Made by a program: the position numbers and the translations under genes. A DNA stretch of 63,998 nt, the filler included, from an uncultured bacterium (GTDB lineage: Bacteria > DAOPZR01): NCBI GenBank assembly GCA_964637655.1. It is 8 parts of 8 records of this genome, joined end to end, with 100 filler letters (N's around TTAATTAATTAA, not from the genome) between each part and the next. Parts side by side here need not be neighbours in the genome. Positions count along the whole stretch, not along the records: positions 8,776 to 17,439 come from CAZWUZ010000172.1; positions 17,540 to 26,041 come from CAZWUZ010000174.1; 6 more parts are not named here. One strand, written 5' to 3'. The notes beneath the pieces were generated by a model. That model searched no databases. It was not told the origin of the DNA and saw only the letters and a program-made list of their open reading frames with translations. Of the stretch, positions 10,745 through 23,500 are shown piece after piece (within the stretch, counting starts at the first letter, position 1; each line of letters starts with the position of its first letter).

Positions 10745-11874
10745 AGCCCATCCGCGTCGCCATCGCCGGGGTCGGCAATTGCGCCTCCGCCCTCGTGCAG
10801 GGGATCGAGTACTACCGCAAGCACCCGCAGGCGGACGGGCTCGATTTTCCCGTGCTGGCCGGCTACCGGGTCACCGACATCAAATTCGTCGCGGCCTTCG
10901 ACATCGACAAGCGCAAGGTGACGAAGGACCTGGCGCAGGCGATTTTCGCGCCTCCCAACTGCGCGCGGCGCCTCGTCGAGCGCGTCCCCTTCCAGCAGGT
11001 GCGCGTCGAGCGCGGGTTCCTGCTCGACGGCGTGGCGCGGCACATGCTCAACTACCCGCCGGCGAAGACCTTCGTCGTCGACGAGTTTCTCGACGATTTC
11101 TGCTCGGACGAGGAGCGGGATGCCGCGCACGCGCGCATCGTCGCCTCGCTCAAGCGGGCGAAGGCGGAAGTGCTGCTCAACTATTTGCCGGTGGGGAGCC
11201 AGCAGGCGACGGAGTTTTACGCGGAGTGCGCGCTCGCTGCGGGCTGCGCGTTGATCAACTGCATGCCGGTGTTTATCGCTTCCGACCCGCAGTGGGAGAA
11301 GCGGTTCGCGGCGCACGGTCTGCCGTGTGTCGGTGACGACATCAAGTCGCAGTTCGGCGCCACCGTGCTGCATCGCACGCTGGCGCGCCTCTGCACGCGG
11401 CGCGGCATCAGGGTCAAACACACCTACCAGCTCAACACCGGCGGCAACACCGACTTTCTCAACATGCTCAACCGCGACCGTCTGGCGAGCAAGCGCATCT
11501 CCAAGACGGAGGCGGTGCAGGCGGAACTGCCGGAGCGCCTCGCGGAAGACGACATCCACATCGGCCCGAGCGACTGGGTGCCGTGGCAGCAGGACAACAA
11601 GGTCTGTTTCCTGCGCGTCGAAGGCGAAGGGTTTGCCGGCGCCCCGATCGAGCTGGAGGCGCGCCTCTCGGTGCAGGATTCGCCCAACAGCGCGGGGATG
11701 GTCATCGACGCCATCAGGTGCTGCAAGGCGGCGCTGCAGCGCAAGGAGAAGGGGGCGCTGCGCGCCATCTCGGCGCTGACCATGAAGCACCCCCCCGAGC
11801 AGCTGGACGAGGCAGTCGCACTGGCCGCGGTGGCGAAACTCGCCCCGGTGGCGCGGAAGGGGCGGCGGCGGTGA
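10741..11874 (+). CDS. ino1: Myo-inositol-1-phosphate synthase
   Basis: IRVAIAGVGNCASALVQG, NYLPVGS, GDDIKSQFGAT, YQLNTGGNTDFLNM, DSPNSAG. Confidence 0.97.
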   Translation: MKPIRVAIAGVGNCASALVQGIEYYRKHPQADGLDFPVLAGYRVTDIKFVAAFDIDKRKVTKDLAQAIFAPPNCARRLVERVPFQQVRVERGFLLDGVARHMLNYPPAKTFVVDEFLDDFCSDEERDAAHARIVASLKRAKAEVLLNYLPVGSQQATEFYAECALAAGCALINCMPVFIASDPQWEKRFAAHGLPCVGDDIKSQFGATVLHRTLARLCTRRGIRVKHTYQLNTGGNTDFLNMLNRDRLASKRISKTEAVQAELPERLAEDDIHIGPSDWVPWQQDNKVCFLRVEGEGFAGAPIELEARLSVQDSPNSAGMVIDAIRCCKAALQRKEKGALRAISALTMKHPPEQLDEAVALAAVAKLAPVARKGRRR

Positions 11875-12275
11875 GCGAGACGAAGAAACTGGTCTTTATC
11901 GTCGATGACGAGGCGGATATCCGCGACCTGCTGGCGCGCGCTCTCGAGGCGGCGGGGTTCGAGGCGGTCTGCATCGCCAGCGGCCTGGACATGATGAAGC
12001 GGCTGCGCGAGCGCACCCCCGACCTCATCCTGCTCGACATCATGATGTCGTGGGTGAGCGGCATCGAACTCTGCCAGACGCTCAAAAGCGAGGCGACGTT
12101 CCGCCACATTCCCGTGGTCATCATCACCGCGCATCACCGCACGGAAATCGAAAGCAAGGTGGCCGAGTGCGGCGCCGACGGCTGCCTCTACAAGCCCTTC
12201 CGCATCGCCGACCTGATCACCACCGTGCAGCGGTTCACCGGGCAGGCGCCCGTGCAGTCGGCCCCGTCGGCCTGA
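11871..12275 (+). CDS. Single-domain response regulator (receiver)
   Basis: IVDDE...PDLILLDIMM...IPVVIITA...KPF. GTGA overlap with ino1. Confidence 0.93.
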   Translation: MSETKKLVFIVDDEADIRDLLARALEAAGFEAVCIASGLDMMKRLRERTPDLILLDIMMSWVSGIELCQTLKSEATFRHIPVVIITAHHRTEIESKVAECGADGCLYKPFRIADLITTVQRFTGQAPVQSAPSA

Positions 12276-14296
12276 TGACAGAACCGCGCCCGGCGTCGTC
12301 GCGCCGCATCTTTCCGCTCGCCGCCACCTACCTGCTCTGGCTGGTTACCGCCATCACCGCGGCCCTGCTGCTCTTCGGCATCTACCTGTTCGAGCAGGTG
12401 CACGCGCAGGAACTGGCCAAGCACGAGGAACTGGCGAAACTGCTCACGCAGAACACGGTGCAGGCGCTCGATCGCTGGATCGACGCGCAGGTGCGCCTCA
12501 GCCAGACCATCGCCGCGGACGAGCGCATTGCCGCGCTCTGCCGCGCCCCGCTCGACCCGCAGGTGCGCGCCCGGGCGCAGGCCTTTCTGACCGGCCTGCA
12601 CCGCCGCTACCCCTACTGCGAGAATATCCCCGTGGCCATCAACCTGCCGGACGGGCAACGGGTGTTCGTGCCGGCGGGGAGCGATACGCGCGACTGCGGC
12701 ACGGGCAACTTCATCATCGACACGGTGGAGGGGCGGACCATCGGCAAGTGCGGCCCGCAGTTCCGCTATATCCGCGAGGTGTTTGGCGGCGCCCCCTACT
12801 TTATCAGCGACGTCTACCCGAGCATCCTGCGCGGCAACCCGATCTTCGTTGTCGCCGCGCCGGTACTGGCGGACAGCGTGGTGCTCGGCGCGGTCATCGT
12901 CGCCCCGCGCATGGATTACTTCACCGACATGTTCCTGCACGACGCGCACTTCGGGCAGACCGGCTACCTGGCGATGTTCGACGACCGCGGCATGGCCATC
13001 TCGCATCCCGATGCGTCGCTCATCCTCAGGGAGGATGCCCGCGAGCGCTTCCAGCCGGTGATGGCACATGTGCGGCGCGGCGAGGATCACTTCCTCAGCG
13101 AGTTCGGCGGCGTGCGCAAGGTGTACACCACCGCGCGCTTCGGCAGCGACCGGTTCCGCCTGCAGTATGACTGGTACATCGTTGCCTGCCGCGAGTATGA
13201 CGACATCGTCGCCGCGGCGTGGGATCTGCTCAGCCGCGTCACCATCTGCATCGTGCTGCTCGGAATCTTTCTCGTGCTGCTCGTCGGGCTGCTGACGCAG
13301 CGGCTGATCAGCCGCCCGCTCGGCCGGCTCACCGCGGCGGCGGACCGCGTGGCCGCGGGCGACCTGACGGTCGCCATCCCCCCCTGCGCGCGCCGCGACG
13401 AAATCGGGGTGCTGACCCGCGCGCTGGCGCGCATGACCGGCTCGTTGCGCGCACAGACGCAGGGGATCAGCGGGTCGCTCACCCTGCTCGAGCGGACGGC
13501 GGCGGGCATCGCGCAGGCGAATGCGCAGCAGGAGACGCTGGTGCAGGGGCAGCAGGCGGCGACCGCGGATGTGGCCGCGTCGGCGGCGCAGATCGCCGCC
13601 ACCGCCACCGAACTGGCAACCACCATGCGCCAGGTGCAGGCGACAACCGATGACACCGTGCGCTGCGCCGACGCGGGGCGGGCCGGGCTCGACACGCTCG
13701 GGCAGACGATGGCGGCGCTCGGTGCCGCCACCGGCACCCTCACCGCGCGGCTCGACGCCATCCGCGCGCAGGCGGGTGCGATCAGCGGGATCGTCACCAC
13801 CATCGGCACGGTGGCGGACCGTACCAACCTCCTGTCGCTCAATGCCGCCATCGAGGCGGAAAAAGCGGGCGAATACGGGCGCGGCTTCGCGGTGGTGGCG
13901 CAGGAGATCCGCCGGCTGGCCGACCAGACCGCGGTGGCGACACTCGATATCGAGGGGATCGTTACCGGCATGCAGCAGGCGGTGGCCGATGGCGTCACCG
14001 ACATCGCCCGCTACGCCGACGATGTGCGCGCGGGTATCGCCACCGCCGGTGAGGCGGAGACGCAGATCAGCCGCGTCATCGCGCAGGTGCACGCGCTGGC
14101 CCCGCAGTTCGCCGGGGTGAACACGGGGATGGGCGCGCAGTCGCAGGGGGCGGCGGAGATCAGCCGCGCCATGCAGCAGCTGCGCGCGGGGACGGAACAG
14201 ACGGCGGCGGCGCTCGACACCTTCCGCGCCGCCACCGCGCAACTGCACAATGCCGCGGCGCAACTGACCGCGCAAGTCGAGCAGTTCCGCGTATGA
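12275..14296 (+). CDS. Methyl-accepting chemotaxis protein (dCache, HAMP and signalling domain)
   Basis: Two TM segments around a dCache-like periplasmic domain, HAMP (RPLGRL..RDEIGVL), [33 protein letters not shown]. Confidence 0.95.
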   Translation: MTEPRPASSRRIFPLAATYLLWLVTAITAALLLFGIYLFEQVHAQELAKHEELAKLLTQNTVQALDRWIDAQVRLSQTIAADERIAALCRAPLDPQVRARAQAFLTGLHRRYPYCENIPVAINLPDGQRVFVPAGSDTRDCGTGNFIIDTVEGRTIGKCGPQFRYIREVFGGAPYFISDVYPSILRGNPIFVVAAPVLADSVVLGAVIVAPRMDYFTDMFLHDAHFGQTGYLAMFDDRGMAISHPDASLILREDARERFQPVMAHVRRGEDHFLSEFGGVRKVYTTARFGSDRFRLQYDWYIVACREYDDIVAAAWDLLSRVTICIVLLGIFLVLLVGLLTQRLISRPLGRLTAAADRVAAGDLTVAIPPCARRDEIGVLTRALARMTGSLRAQTQGISGSLTLLERTAAGIAQANAQQETLVQGQQAATADVAASAAQIAATATELATTMRQVQATTDDTVRCADAGRAGLDTLGQTMAALGAATGTLTARLDAIRAQAGAISGIVTTIGTVADRTNLLSLNAAIEAEKAGEYGRGFAVVAQEIRRLADQTAVATLDIEGIVTGMQQAVADGVTDIARYADDVRAGIATAGEAETQISRVIAQVHALAPQFAGVNTGMGAQSQGAAEISRAMQQLRAGTEQTAAALDTFRAATAQLHNAAAQLTAQVEQFRV

Positions 14297-15597
14297 GCGC
14301 CGCGACCGAACGCTACGCCGCGCTGCTCCAGACCCCGGCAGCGGCGGCAGCACAGCTGCGCAGCGGCATGACCGTGGTTGTCGGGGCCACGGTCGGTGAG
14401 CCCCCGGCGCTGCTGGCCGCGCTCGCCGCGCGCATCCGCGAGGCCGGGCTCGACGGCCTGCAGGTCTGGACCTTCAACCCGCAGCAGTACCTCGCGGAAA
14501 CACTGCTGGCGCCCGACCTGTGCGACTGCGTGCAGACCAATGCCTGGTTCGTCAGCGGTCCCATCCGCGGCCTGGTCAAGGTCGGCCTCGTGCATTACGT
14601 GCCGTCCTACTTCCATCAGGTGCCGCGGCTCATTCGCGAACATGTCAAACCCGACCTCGTCGTGGCGACGGTGTCGCCGATGGATGCGGGCGGGTACTTC
14701 AGCTTCGGCTCGGGCAGCTACATCATCGATGCGGCCCGCTGCGGCGCGCAGGTCGTCGTCGAGGTCAACCGCCACCTGCCGCGCGTATTCGGGGATGCGC
14801 TCATCCATGTCGACGAGGTCAACGGCATTGTCGAGCATGACCAGCCGCTGCCGGACGCGCGCCTCCCCGAACCGCGCGCGGAGGATGCGGCCATCGGCGC
14901 CCGCGTGGCGGAACTTGTTCCCGACGGCGCGGTGCTGCAGCTTGGCATCGGCGGCCTGCCCAACGCGCTCTGCGGGTCGCTGACGGGGCATCGCGACCTC
15001 GGCATCCACAGCGAACTGTTCGGGCCGGGGATGGCCGACCTGGTCCGCGGCGGGGTGATCAACGGGCGGCGCAAGAACCTGCACCCGCGCAAGCATGTCT
15101 TCTGCATCCCCTACGGGACGGCTGACACCTTCGCGTTTCTCCATGACCACCCGGCGATGGAGGCCTATTCCTCGGCCTACATTATGGATCCCGCAGTTAT
15201 CGCCCGCAACGACCGCATGATCGCGGTCAACTCGATTATCGAAGTCGATTTGACGGGGCAGTGCAACGCGGAGAGCATCGACGGGTCGCAGTTCAGCGGT
15301 ACGGGCGGGCAGCTCGATTTCGTGCGCGGGGCCTACGCGGCGCGCGACGGCAAGGCCATTCTCGCCTTCTACGCCACGGCCAAGGGGGGAACGGTGTCGC
15401 GCGTGGTGCCGTGCCTGGCCGCGGGCGCGGCCGTCACCACCCCCCGCATGGATGTGCACTGGCTGGCGACGGAGCATGGCGCGGTCGACCTGAAGGGAAA
15501 ATCGTCGGCGGCGCGGGCCGCGGCCATCATTTCGCTCGCCGAACCGCGTTTCCGCGACGACCTGTCACGCGCCGCGGAGGAACTCGGCCTGTGCTGA
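14293..15597 (+). CDS. Acetyl-CoA hydrolase/transferase family (4-hydroxybutyrate CoA-transferase-like)
   Basis: DGAVLQLGIGGLPNA, DLGIHSE, SGTGGQLDFVRGA, TEHGAVDLKGKS. Confidence 0.93.
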   Translation: MSAATERYAALLQTPAAAAAQLRSGMTVVVGATVGEPPALLAALAARIREAGLDGLQVWTFNPQQYLAETLLAPDLCDCVQTNAWFVSGPIRGLVKVGLVHYVPSYFHQVPRLIREHVKPDLVVATVSPMDAGGYFSFGSGSYIIDAARCGAQVVVEVNRHLPRVFGDALIHVDEVNGIVEHDQPLPDARLPEPRAEDAAIGARVAELVPDGAVLQLGIGGLPNALCGSLTGHRDLGIHSELFGPGMADLVRGGVINGRRKNLHPRKHVFCIPYGTADTFAFLHDHPAMEAYSSAYIMDPAVIARNDRMIAVNSIIEVDLTGQCNAESIDGSQFSGTGGQLDFVRGAYAARDGKAILAFYATAKGGTVSRVVPCLAAGAAVTTPRMDVHWLATEHGAVDLKGKSSAARAAAIISLAEPRFRDDLSRAAEELGLC

Positions 15598-15618
15598 ACC
15601 ACAGAGGGGGCGCCTGAC

Positions 15619-17250
15619 ATGCGGGTGGGACACAAACTCATGCTGCTGGTGGCGCTGGCGCTGCTGGCGGTGGCGGCGGCGGGTGCGGCCGGACTGCTGA
15701 CGCTGCGCAGCACGCTGCGCGCGGACAAGGAAGACCAGATGCGTGCGGTGGTCGATGTCGCGTGGAGCATCGTCGCGCAGCAGCATGCGGCGGCTGAGGC
15801 GGGTCGACTGACCGACAGCGCGGCGCAGGCGCAGGCGCTGCAGCTCATCAGCGGGTTGCGCTACCGCGGCGACGAGTATTTCTGGGTCAACGACATGCAG
15901 CCGTACATGCTGCTGCATCCCTCGCCCGTGCTGCAGGGGCATGATGTCGGCTACCTCACCGATCCGGACGGTGTGAAAATCATGGACGAGATGGTGCAGC
16001 GCGTGCGCGAAAGCGGGGCGGGCTATGTCGCCTACCGCTGGCCGCGCCCGCAGAGCAGTGACACGGTGCCGAAACTGGCCTACGTGCGCGGCTTCGCGCC
16101 CTGGGGCTGGGTGGTCGGCTCCGGGGTCTACATCGACGATATCGACGCGCGCTTCCATGCGCAGGCGCGTACGCTGCTGGGACTGCTGGCCGTGGCGGCG
16201 CTGCTGCTGCTCGGCGTCTCGGCGGCCATCGTGCGCGGTATTACCCGCCCGCTGGCGGCGGCGCAGGCGCGGCTCGGGGCGATGGCTGAGGGGGATTTCC
16301 GCCCGACCCCGGACGCGGTGCTTGACGCGGCGGCGGCGCAGGCGGACGAGCTCGGGCGCATGGCGCAGGCGCTGCTGACCATGCGTGAGCATGCGCGGCG
16401 GCTGCTCGGGCAGGTGCAGGCGACGGTGGCGCAGGTCAACGCCTCGGTGACGCAGCTGGCGGCTTCGGCGCGGCAGATCGAGGCGTCGGCGGCGGAACAG
16501 GCGGCGGCGACGCAGACGACCGCGGGCACGGCACAGGCGATCGCCGCCGGCGCGCGGCAGACGGCGGTGTCGATGGAAACGCTGAACCGCGGGGCGCAGC
16601 AGGCGGGCGCGGCGGCGGATGCGGGCACGGCATCGCTGAGCAGCGTGCAGCAGGCGCTGCGGCAGATGGACGATGCCGTGGCGGCGGTGGCGGGGCGCCT
16701 CGCGGAGATCAACGATCGCGCCGGCGCGGTGGCACAGGCGATCACGCTGGTGACGAAAGTCGCCGAGCAGACCAATCTCCTGTCGCTCAATGCTTCGATC
16801 GAGGCGGAGAAGGCGGGCGAGGCGGGACGCGGGTTCGCGGTGGTGGCGCGGGAAATCCGCCGGCTGGCGGACCGCAGCGCAGTGGCGGCAGTCGACATCA
16901 CGCGGCTGGCCGGCGAGATGAAGACCGCGGTGGCCGCCGGGGTCATGGGGATGGACCAGTTCACCGCGCAGATGCGCGCCGGCAGCGAGGAGATCGGGCG
17001 CCTTACCGGCCATCTCGGCGGGGTGATGGGCGAAGTGAACGGCATCCTCGGGCAACTGGGTGACGCCAACCAGGGAGCGCAGACCCAGGCGCAGCGCGCG
17101 GCGGAGATCGCGCGGGCGATGCACGAACTGACCGAGGCGGCGGAACAGACGATGGCGGCGCTGCGCGAATCGGCGGCGGCGGTGACGGGACTCAACGGGA
17201 CGGTGCAGGCGCTGCAGCAGGAAGTGGCGACCTTCAGGATGCAGGACTGA
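15619..17250 (+). CDS. Methyl-accepting chemotaxis protein with sCache_2 sensor
   Basis: [21 protein letters not shown]...[34 protein letters not shown] plus the MCP signature. Confidence 0.95.
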   Translation: MRVGHKLMLLVALALLAVAAAGAAGLLTLRSTLRADKEDQMRAVVDVAWSIVAQQHAAAEAGRLTDSAAQAQALQLISGLRYRGDEYFWVNDMQPYMLLHPSPVLQGHDVGYLTDPDGVKIMDEMVQRVRESGAGYVAYRWPRPQSSDTVPKLAYVRGFAPWGWVVGSGVYIDDIDARFHAQARTLLGLLAVAALLLLGVSAAIVRGITRPLAAAQARLGAMAEGDFRPTPDAVLDAAAAQADELGRMAQALLTMREHARRLLGQVQATVAQVNASVTQLAASARQIEASAAEQAAATQTTAGTAQAIAAGARQTAVSMETLNRGAQQAGAAADAGTASLSSVQQALRQMDDAVAAVAGRLAEINDRAGAVAQAITLVTKVAEQTNLLSLNASIEAEKAGEAGRGFAVVAREIRRLADRSAVAAVDITRLAGEMKTAVAAGVMGMDQFTAQMRAGSEEIGRLTGHLGGVMGEVNGILGQLGDANQGAQTQAQRAAEIARAMHELTEAAEQTMAALRESAAAVTGLNGTVQALQQEVATFRMQD

Positions 17251-17262
17251 CGGGGGCGGCGG

Positions 17263-17439
17263 ATGGCACGGGGCAGGAAACTTTTCGGCAAACTGATGGT
17301 CGCGGCGCTGCTCACGCTGCTGCCGGTGTCGCTGCTGTGGATCGCCTGCGGTTCCTACTATGTGCGCCAGCTGCAGGGGGCGCATACGCTGCTGCTGCAG
17401 GCCGCGGAGGTGCGCCGCCTCGTGCTCGAGGTGCGGCGC
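17263..17439 (+). CDS. N-terminus of a probable membrane sensor protein, 3' partial
   Basis: Basic N-terminus plus a TM helix, runs into the contig end. Confidence 0.5.
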
Positions 17440-17539
17440 NNNNNNNNNNNNNNNNNNNNNNNNNNNNNNNNNNNNNNNNNNNNTTAATTAATTAANNNNN
17501 NNNNNNNNNNNNNNNNNNNNNNNNNNNNNNNNNNNNNNN

Positions 17540-20500
17540 CTTGAGCAACTCCAGCGATTCGAATTCATCGTACGGTCTGCTGGTGCAAAATGACAGCCAC
17601 AGCCAGTTCTCCAGCAACACGTTGGTGAACAACGGCAACTATGCCCTCGGTATCACCGGCACAACCAATAGTGACACCTTCGCGAAGAACATCATCCAGC
17701 CACCAGCCGCGCGGCCTGACTCGGGGGTATTGAACTCGACCGTCAGCCAATTCGACTTCGCCCGCAACTGGTGGGTGCGCGGTGGCGTCGGAACAACGGA
17801 TTCCGCCGTCATCCGCGGCATGGTCCAGGGTATTGGCCGCGACCTCATCGCGTATACCCCGTTCCGGCTGGGTATGGTGGATACCGCAGTGAACGCCGAC
17901 ACCATCGCGCCGCGCGCGCCGGATACTGTGGCTGCGACCGGCGGAGCGAATATTACCCTGACCTGGACGGCGGCCAACACCAACGAAGAAGTGGGCGGCG
18001 CCCTGACCGACCTCGCCGGCTACCGCGTCTATCGCAGCACGACGTCCGGCACCTCGTACTGGGCGCCCATCGGCGGGGCGGCCGGCACCAGCTATACCGA
18101 CTCCACCGCCACGGCCGGAATGACCTACTACTACCGGGTCACCGCTTACGACAACCACAGCCCGTGGGAGAACGAATCGTTCTACAGCGATAGCATTGCC
18201 TCGGGCACGGCCATCGACACCACCGGCCCGAACAACTGGTACGTGAATATAACGACCGGCGATACCGCCAACGACGGGCTCTCGGCCGGATTTGCGAAAA
18301 AATATATCAGCAATATCACGCTCGGGACAATGCGCCAGACCGGCAGCTCGCTGCTGACCCCTGGCGACACGGTGAACATAGCGGCCGGCACCTACGGCGA
18401 AACGGTGGTTGTTGACACTGATTACGTTGCTGTCATGGGCGCCGATTCCGCCACTACGATTATTAACCCGCCGGGCGATTCGACGGTTGCAACATTGAGC
18501 GGCATATATGCGGCGGCGGTGCAAGGGCTGCGGATTGCCGATCTGCGGGTGACGGACTGCTACTACGGGATCTGGTTCAATAATGCCGACTCGTCGGTGG
18601 TTGTAGATGTGACGGCCGCATCTTGCGGCGGGACCGCAGGTGCCGGTGTGTATTTCTCTAACGGCTCGGATATGAACAGCATAGTCAATTGCCAGGCGGT
18701 TAATGGCTATTACGGCTACAACCTGAATACGTCTTCGGGTAATGCCCTTACCAGCAGCATTGCCGAGTACAACGAGCGTTACGGGATCCAGTTGGATGCC
18801 GGCAGTGATTCCAATAACCTGACCGGAGCGGTGGTCCGGAACACCAGCTTGTACGGCATCCATTTACAGGCCTCGTCGAACAATACCCTGCAGAACTGTG
18901 TTTCCGAGTACAATTCGCGGGGCTTTAACCTGAATGGCGCCAGCAACTCAGTCCTCAGCGGCAACATCGCCAGGTACAACCCCGGCCGCGGGTTCTACCT
19001 GTATGGTTCGAGTAATTACAACGTTCTTGTAAATAACGTCAGCTTCGGCAATACCGGTTCGACCGGCCAGGGCTTCGACATCCAGACCTGCACCGGGAAC
19101 TACCTTGCCATGAACACCAGTGATTCTAATGACCAGTACGCCTACAAGCTGAGCTCGAATTCAACCACAGATACGGTCGTTAAGAACAATATTTTTGCCT
19201 TTGGCCTGAACTCGGACTCGGGTTTTCTTAATGCGACCGCGAATTCGTTTGACGCCACGCGCAACTGGTGGGGTACGACGGACACGACCGTGCTGGCCGG
19301 ACGGATAGTGAATACGGGTGGCGGCAGCGTGGTGTGGACGCCATTCCGGCTCGGGCCGGTCGATACGACGGTGAACGCCGACACCATTGCGCCCAAGGCA
19401 CCAGACACGGTGGTGGCGACCGGCGGGGCGAATGTCACCCTGACCTGGACCGCCGCCAATACCAACGAGGAAATCGGCGGCGCGCTGACCGACCTCGCCA
19501 GCTACCGCGTCTATCGCAGCACGACGAGCGGGACCTCGTATTGGGCGCCAATCGGCGAGACGACGAACATCGTGTACTTCGACTCCACCGCGGCCACCGG
19601 TACAACCTACTACTATCGCGTTACCGCGTACGACAATCATGCGCCGTGGGAGAATGAGTCGTTCTACAGCGACAGCATTGCCTCGGCCATGACGATTGAC
19701 ACCACCGGACCGAATACCTGGTATGTCAATGACGGCGACACGGCCGGCGACGTGTACTGTTCCGCCATCGGCGACACCGCCAATAACGGCCTGACCCCGG
19801 CAACCCCGAAATTCTATCTCAACCAGATCGAGGATTTGTTGACCACCGGCGACACGATCCTCATTGACGCGGGGCACTACTATGAACCGGACTCATTCGT
19901 TATCAAGGCCGACTCGGTCGTCATCATCGGCGCCGATTCGACTTCGACCATAATCGATTTCAGCGATTCATCGGCCGGCCCGGACTTGTCGCTCCGGGCG
20001 GTGAACCGCAGTGGCCTTCGCCTGACGGACCTCTGCATCCAGAACGCGCGGACCGGCATCTGGTTCGATAACGTCGATTATTCGCTTTGCGAGCGGGTTA
20101 CTTTGCGCTATAACTATTATGGCACCGTTCTGACCAATTATGCCGATACGAACGTATTCCGCAACAGCCACCTGCACCACAATACCAGCGAGGCCTTCAA
20201 CCTCTGGAATCCAAGCAACAACTTTACGGTCGACACCTGTCTGGTAACGGACAACGGGAACGGAATATGGTTCCGGCAGGGGACGACCATCCGGATAACG
20301 GGTACCAGTTTCCTGCGTAACGCCTCGGTTGGGGTTAAGATTTCAGATGCCGGCGATATCGGGGTGGACAACTGCGTGATCCGCGGCACCAACGGCCACG
20401 GCCTTGCGCTTTCGAATGCCACGAACGGCGTTTACGCGCACAATGACATCTCGGACAATTCCGGCAACGGCTTGTACATGGATTGGAATGCGGCCGGGAA

Positions 20501-23500
20501 TGTATTCCGCCAAAACCGGTTCGACTCGAACGCCTCTTACCAGATCAACGCCGGTTGGTCGAACAACAACCTCTTTGTCAGGAATCTGATCCTGCCGCCG
20601 TCCGCCCAACCCGATTCCGGGGTGCTGAACGACAGCATCCCGGCGGCAGCCTTCTCGTTCGCGCGCACCTGGTGGGGGACCACTGATTCGAGTGCCATAC
20701 GGCAGATGATCAATGGCGTTGGCCGTGACTCTGTTGCATATACCCCGTGGCGGCTTGGCGTTTGCGATACGACCCCGGGCGCTGACACCTACGCCCCGGC
20801 GGCGCCCGACACCGTGGTCGCCACGGGCGGAACGAATATCGCGCTGGCGTGGAGCACGGTGGGAACAAACGAAGAAGGGGCGGTGTGGACCGGAGACCTC
20901 GCCAGCTACCGCGTCTATCGCAGCACGACCAGCGGCACCTCGTACTGGGCGCCCATCGGCGAAACCACGGGCATCACCTACTTCGACACCACCGCGTCGG
21001 TCGGCACGACGTACTATTATCGCGTCACTGCGTACGACAACCACAGTCCGTGGCCGAATGAGTCGTTCTACAGCGACAGCGTCGCCAGCGCCATGTACAG
21101 CAGCGACAGCGCCATCGTGCTGTCACAACTCGTTCCCTATGCCATGGTCGCCGACACGAACTACACAGTGACCATCACGTTGCAGAATACCGGCAGCGAG
21201 ACGTGGACCGATACCGCCGGCTATATGCTCGGGGCGCAATGCCCCGCCGACACCGTCCTCTGGGGAGACAGCCGCTTCGTTCTGCCGGATACTGCCGTCG
21301 TGGCGCCGGGCGACACCATCGCGCTTTCCTTTGCCATCCATACACCGGGGACCGGCATCTGGGACTTCCGCTGGCAATTATTCCGCAACGGATCCGGATG
21401 GGTGGGCGATTCGACGCCGCTGTGCCAGGTTCCGGTCTTCGTCGTCGGTTCCCCGGTGACCACCATCAACGTGCTCGACTATTTCCTCTCCAAGCACCCC
21501 GGCAACGCCTTCGTCTACCCGCATGCGCTGAGTGAAACCCATGCCGGGCGGCAGGTGACGTACACCAAGTGGGACACCTCCGCCATCGAAACCTTCTACT
21601 GGGACCGCGAATACCTCTGGGAGCGCGAGGACCACACCATGGGCGGCACCATCCCCCCCTACCTGTTCGAACCGGGGCGCTGGATGAAGGTGAACATGGA
21701 TGTCGGGGAAGTTGTCGATGTGCCGGACGGAAAGTCGTACTGGTACGAAAACCCGGAGAAGTGCACGCTGAGCGGCCAGTATGCCCCGTCGAACCAACCC
21801 TATCGTAATACGCTCGAAGCGCATCTCGCGTCGCTCGATATCGGCAACGGGCTCGGGCCGCAGGAAGTCATCATCCTGCAATATTACTACGGATACAATT
21901 ATGAAAAATTCTACTACAGCAGGGAGTGGGGCTGGATTGCCTGGGAACACTATTCGACGGCCAACCTGCTGCGGCAGCAGGCGGGATTCAGCGATACGAG
22001 TGGCACACCGCTGACACCCATGGCAGATTATACCGCACACGCAGTCGATGTCTTCACCCCCGCTGATTCGAAAGTACTGAGCGTCAACAGCTACTTCGGG
22101 ACGCATACCCTCGCCCTGCCCGCCGGCTGCTTCGCTGATTCAGTGACGCTGGCCGCCTACGTCCCCCCCACGCCGTACCTCGCTGACCCGGCCTTCCCGG
22201 GCAGCAATGTCGAGTATACCGACCTCGGGTTGAAGGTGAACGTCGACACGACGGTGCACCCGTCGCAGCCGGTAACCGTCACCCTGACCTACCGCGCGCA
22301 GGATGCCGTCGGCTATGACGAGAACAAGTTCATCATCGGCTGCTACAGCGACACGCTCAGTTGCTGGACACAACTGCCCACGACCCGCGACACGGCCGCC
22401 AACACACTGACGGCAACGGTGCCGTACCTGACCCGCCTCCAGATCTTCCAGCTCAACCACACCACCACCGACTCGACCTGGTACGTGAGCCCGTCGGGCT
22501 ACGACACCGGTGCGGGTACCGCGGCAGCGCCTTTCCGGACCATCGGCAAGGCGCTGAGCGTGGCGAGTGCGGGGGAGACCGTCTGGCTGGCCCCCGGCAC
22601 CTACAGCGAGACCGTCACCATCACGCAGAACAACCTGCTGCTTGCCGGCGGTGACTCGACGACGACGGTGATCGATGCCGGCGACAGCACCGCCGGCGGG
22701 GCGCGCCGCGGGATCAGTGCCACGAATGTTGCGGGCATCGTCCTGCGTTCGCTGCGTGTGACGAACGCCTGGCAGGGCATCGAATGGAACAATGTCGACA
22801 GCGCGACCATCACTGATGTCGCGGTCGACAGCTGCGGCTACCGCGGTATCCACCTGCTCAACGGTGCTGACAGCGTGCTGATCAGCGGCTGCGCGGTTGC
22901 CGGCAACGGCGACCACGGCATTGCGGTCGAGTCGTCGGCGGGCGCGGTGCTGACGGGGAACGCGAACACGGGCAATACCGGCAGCGGTATGGCCGTCTGG
23001 GGGAGCGGCAACGCGCGCCTGTCAGCGAACCGGGTGCTGAACAGCACCTATGGTGGCATCTATGTCGGCAGCGGGGCGGATGGCACCCTGCTCAGCGGCA
23101 ACAGCATGACCGGCAATTCCCCCGCCGGCATCTGGCTCATCGGCGTGAGCGGCTGCACCGTGCAGCTGAACACGGTGACCGGTAACGTGCGCGGCATCAT
23201 GCTGAACAACGGCGCGACCGGCAACCGGCTCGACACCAACGCCGTCACGGGGAACACCGACAACGGCGTTCTCCTCGATACCGGTTCGCACGGCACGCTG
23301 CTCTACGGCAACAGCAGCAGCGGCAACACGTGGAGCGGTTTCGTGCTCAATGATGCCGACAACTGTCTGCACAGCGGCAACACCGCGGCGGGCAACGGCG
23401 CGCACGGGTTCTACCTGCTGGCCGGGAGCGGCGGTGCCATGCTCAGCGGCAACGCTGCGCGCAACAATCTCGGCAGCGGTATCCGCCTCGAAAACGCGGC

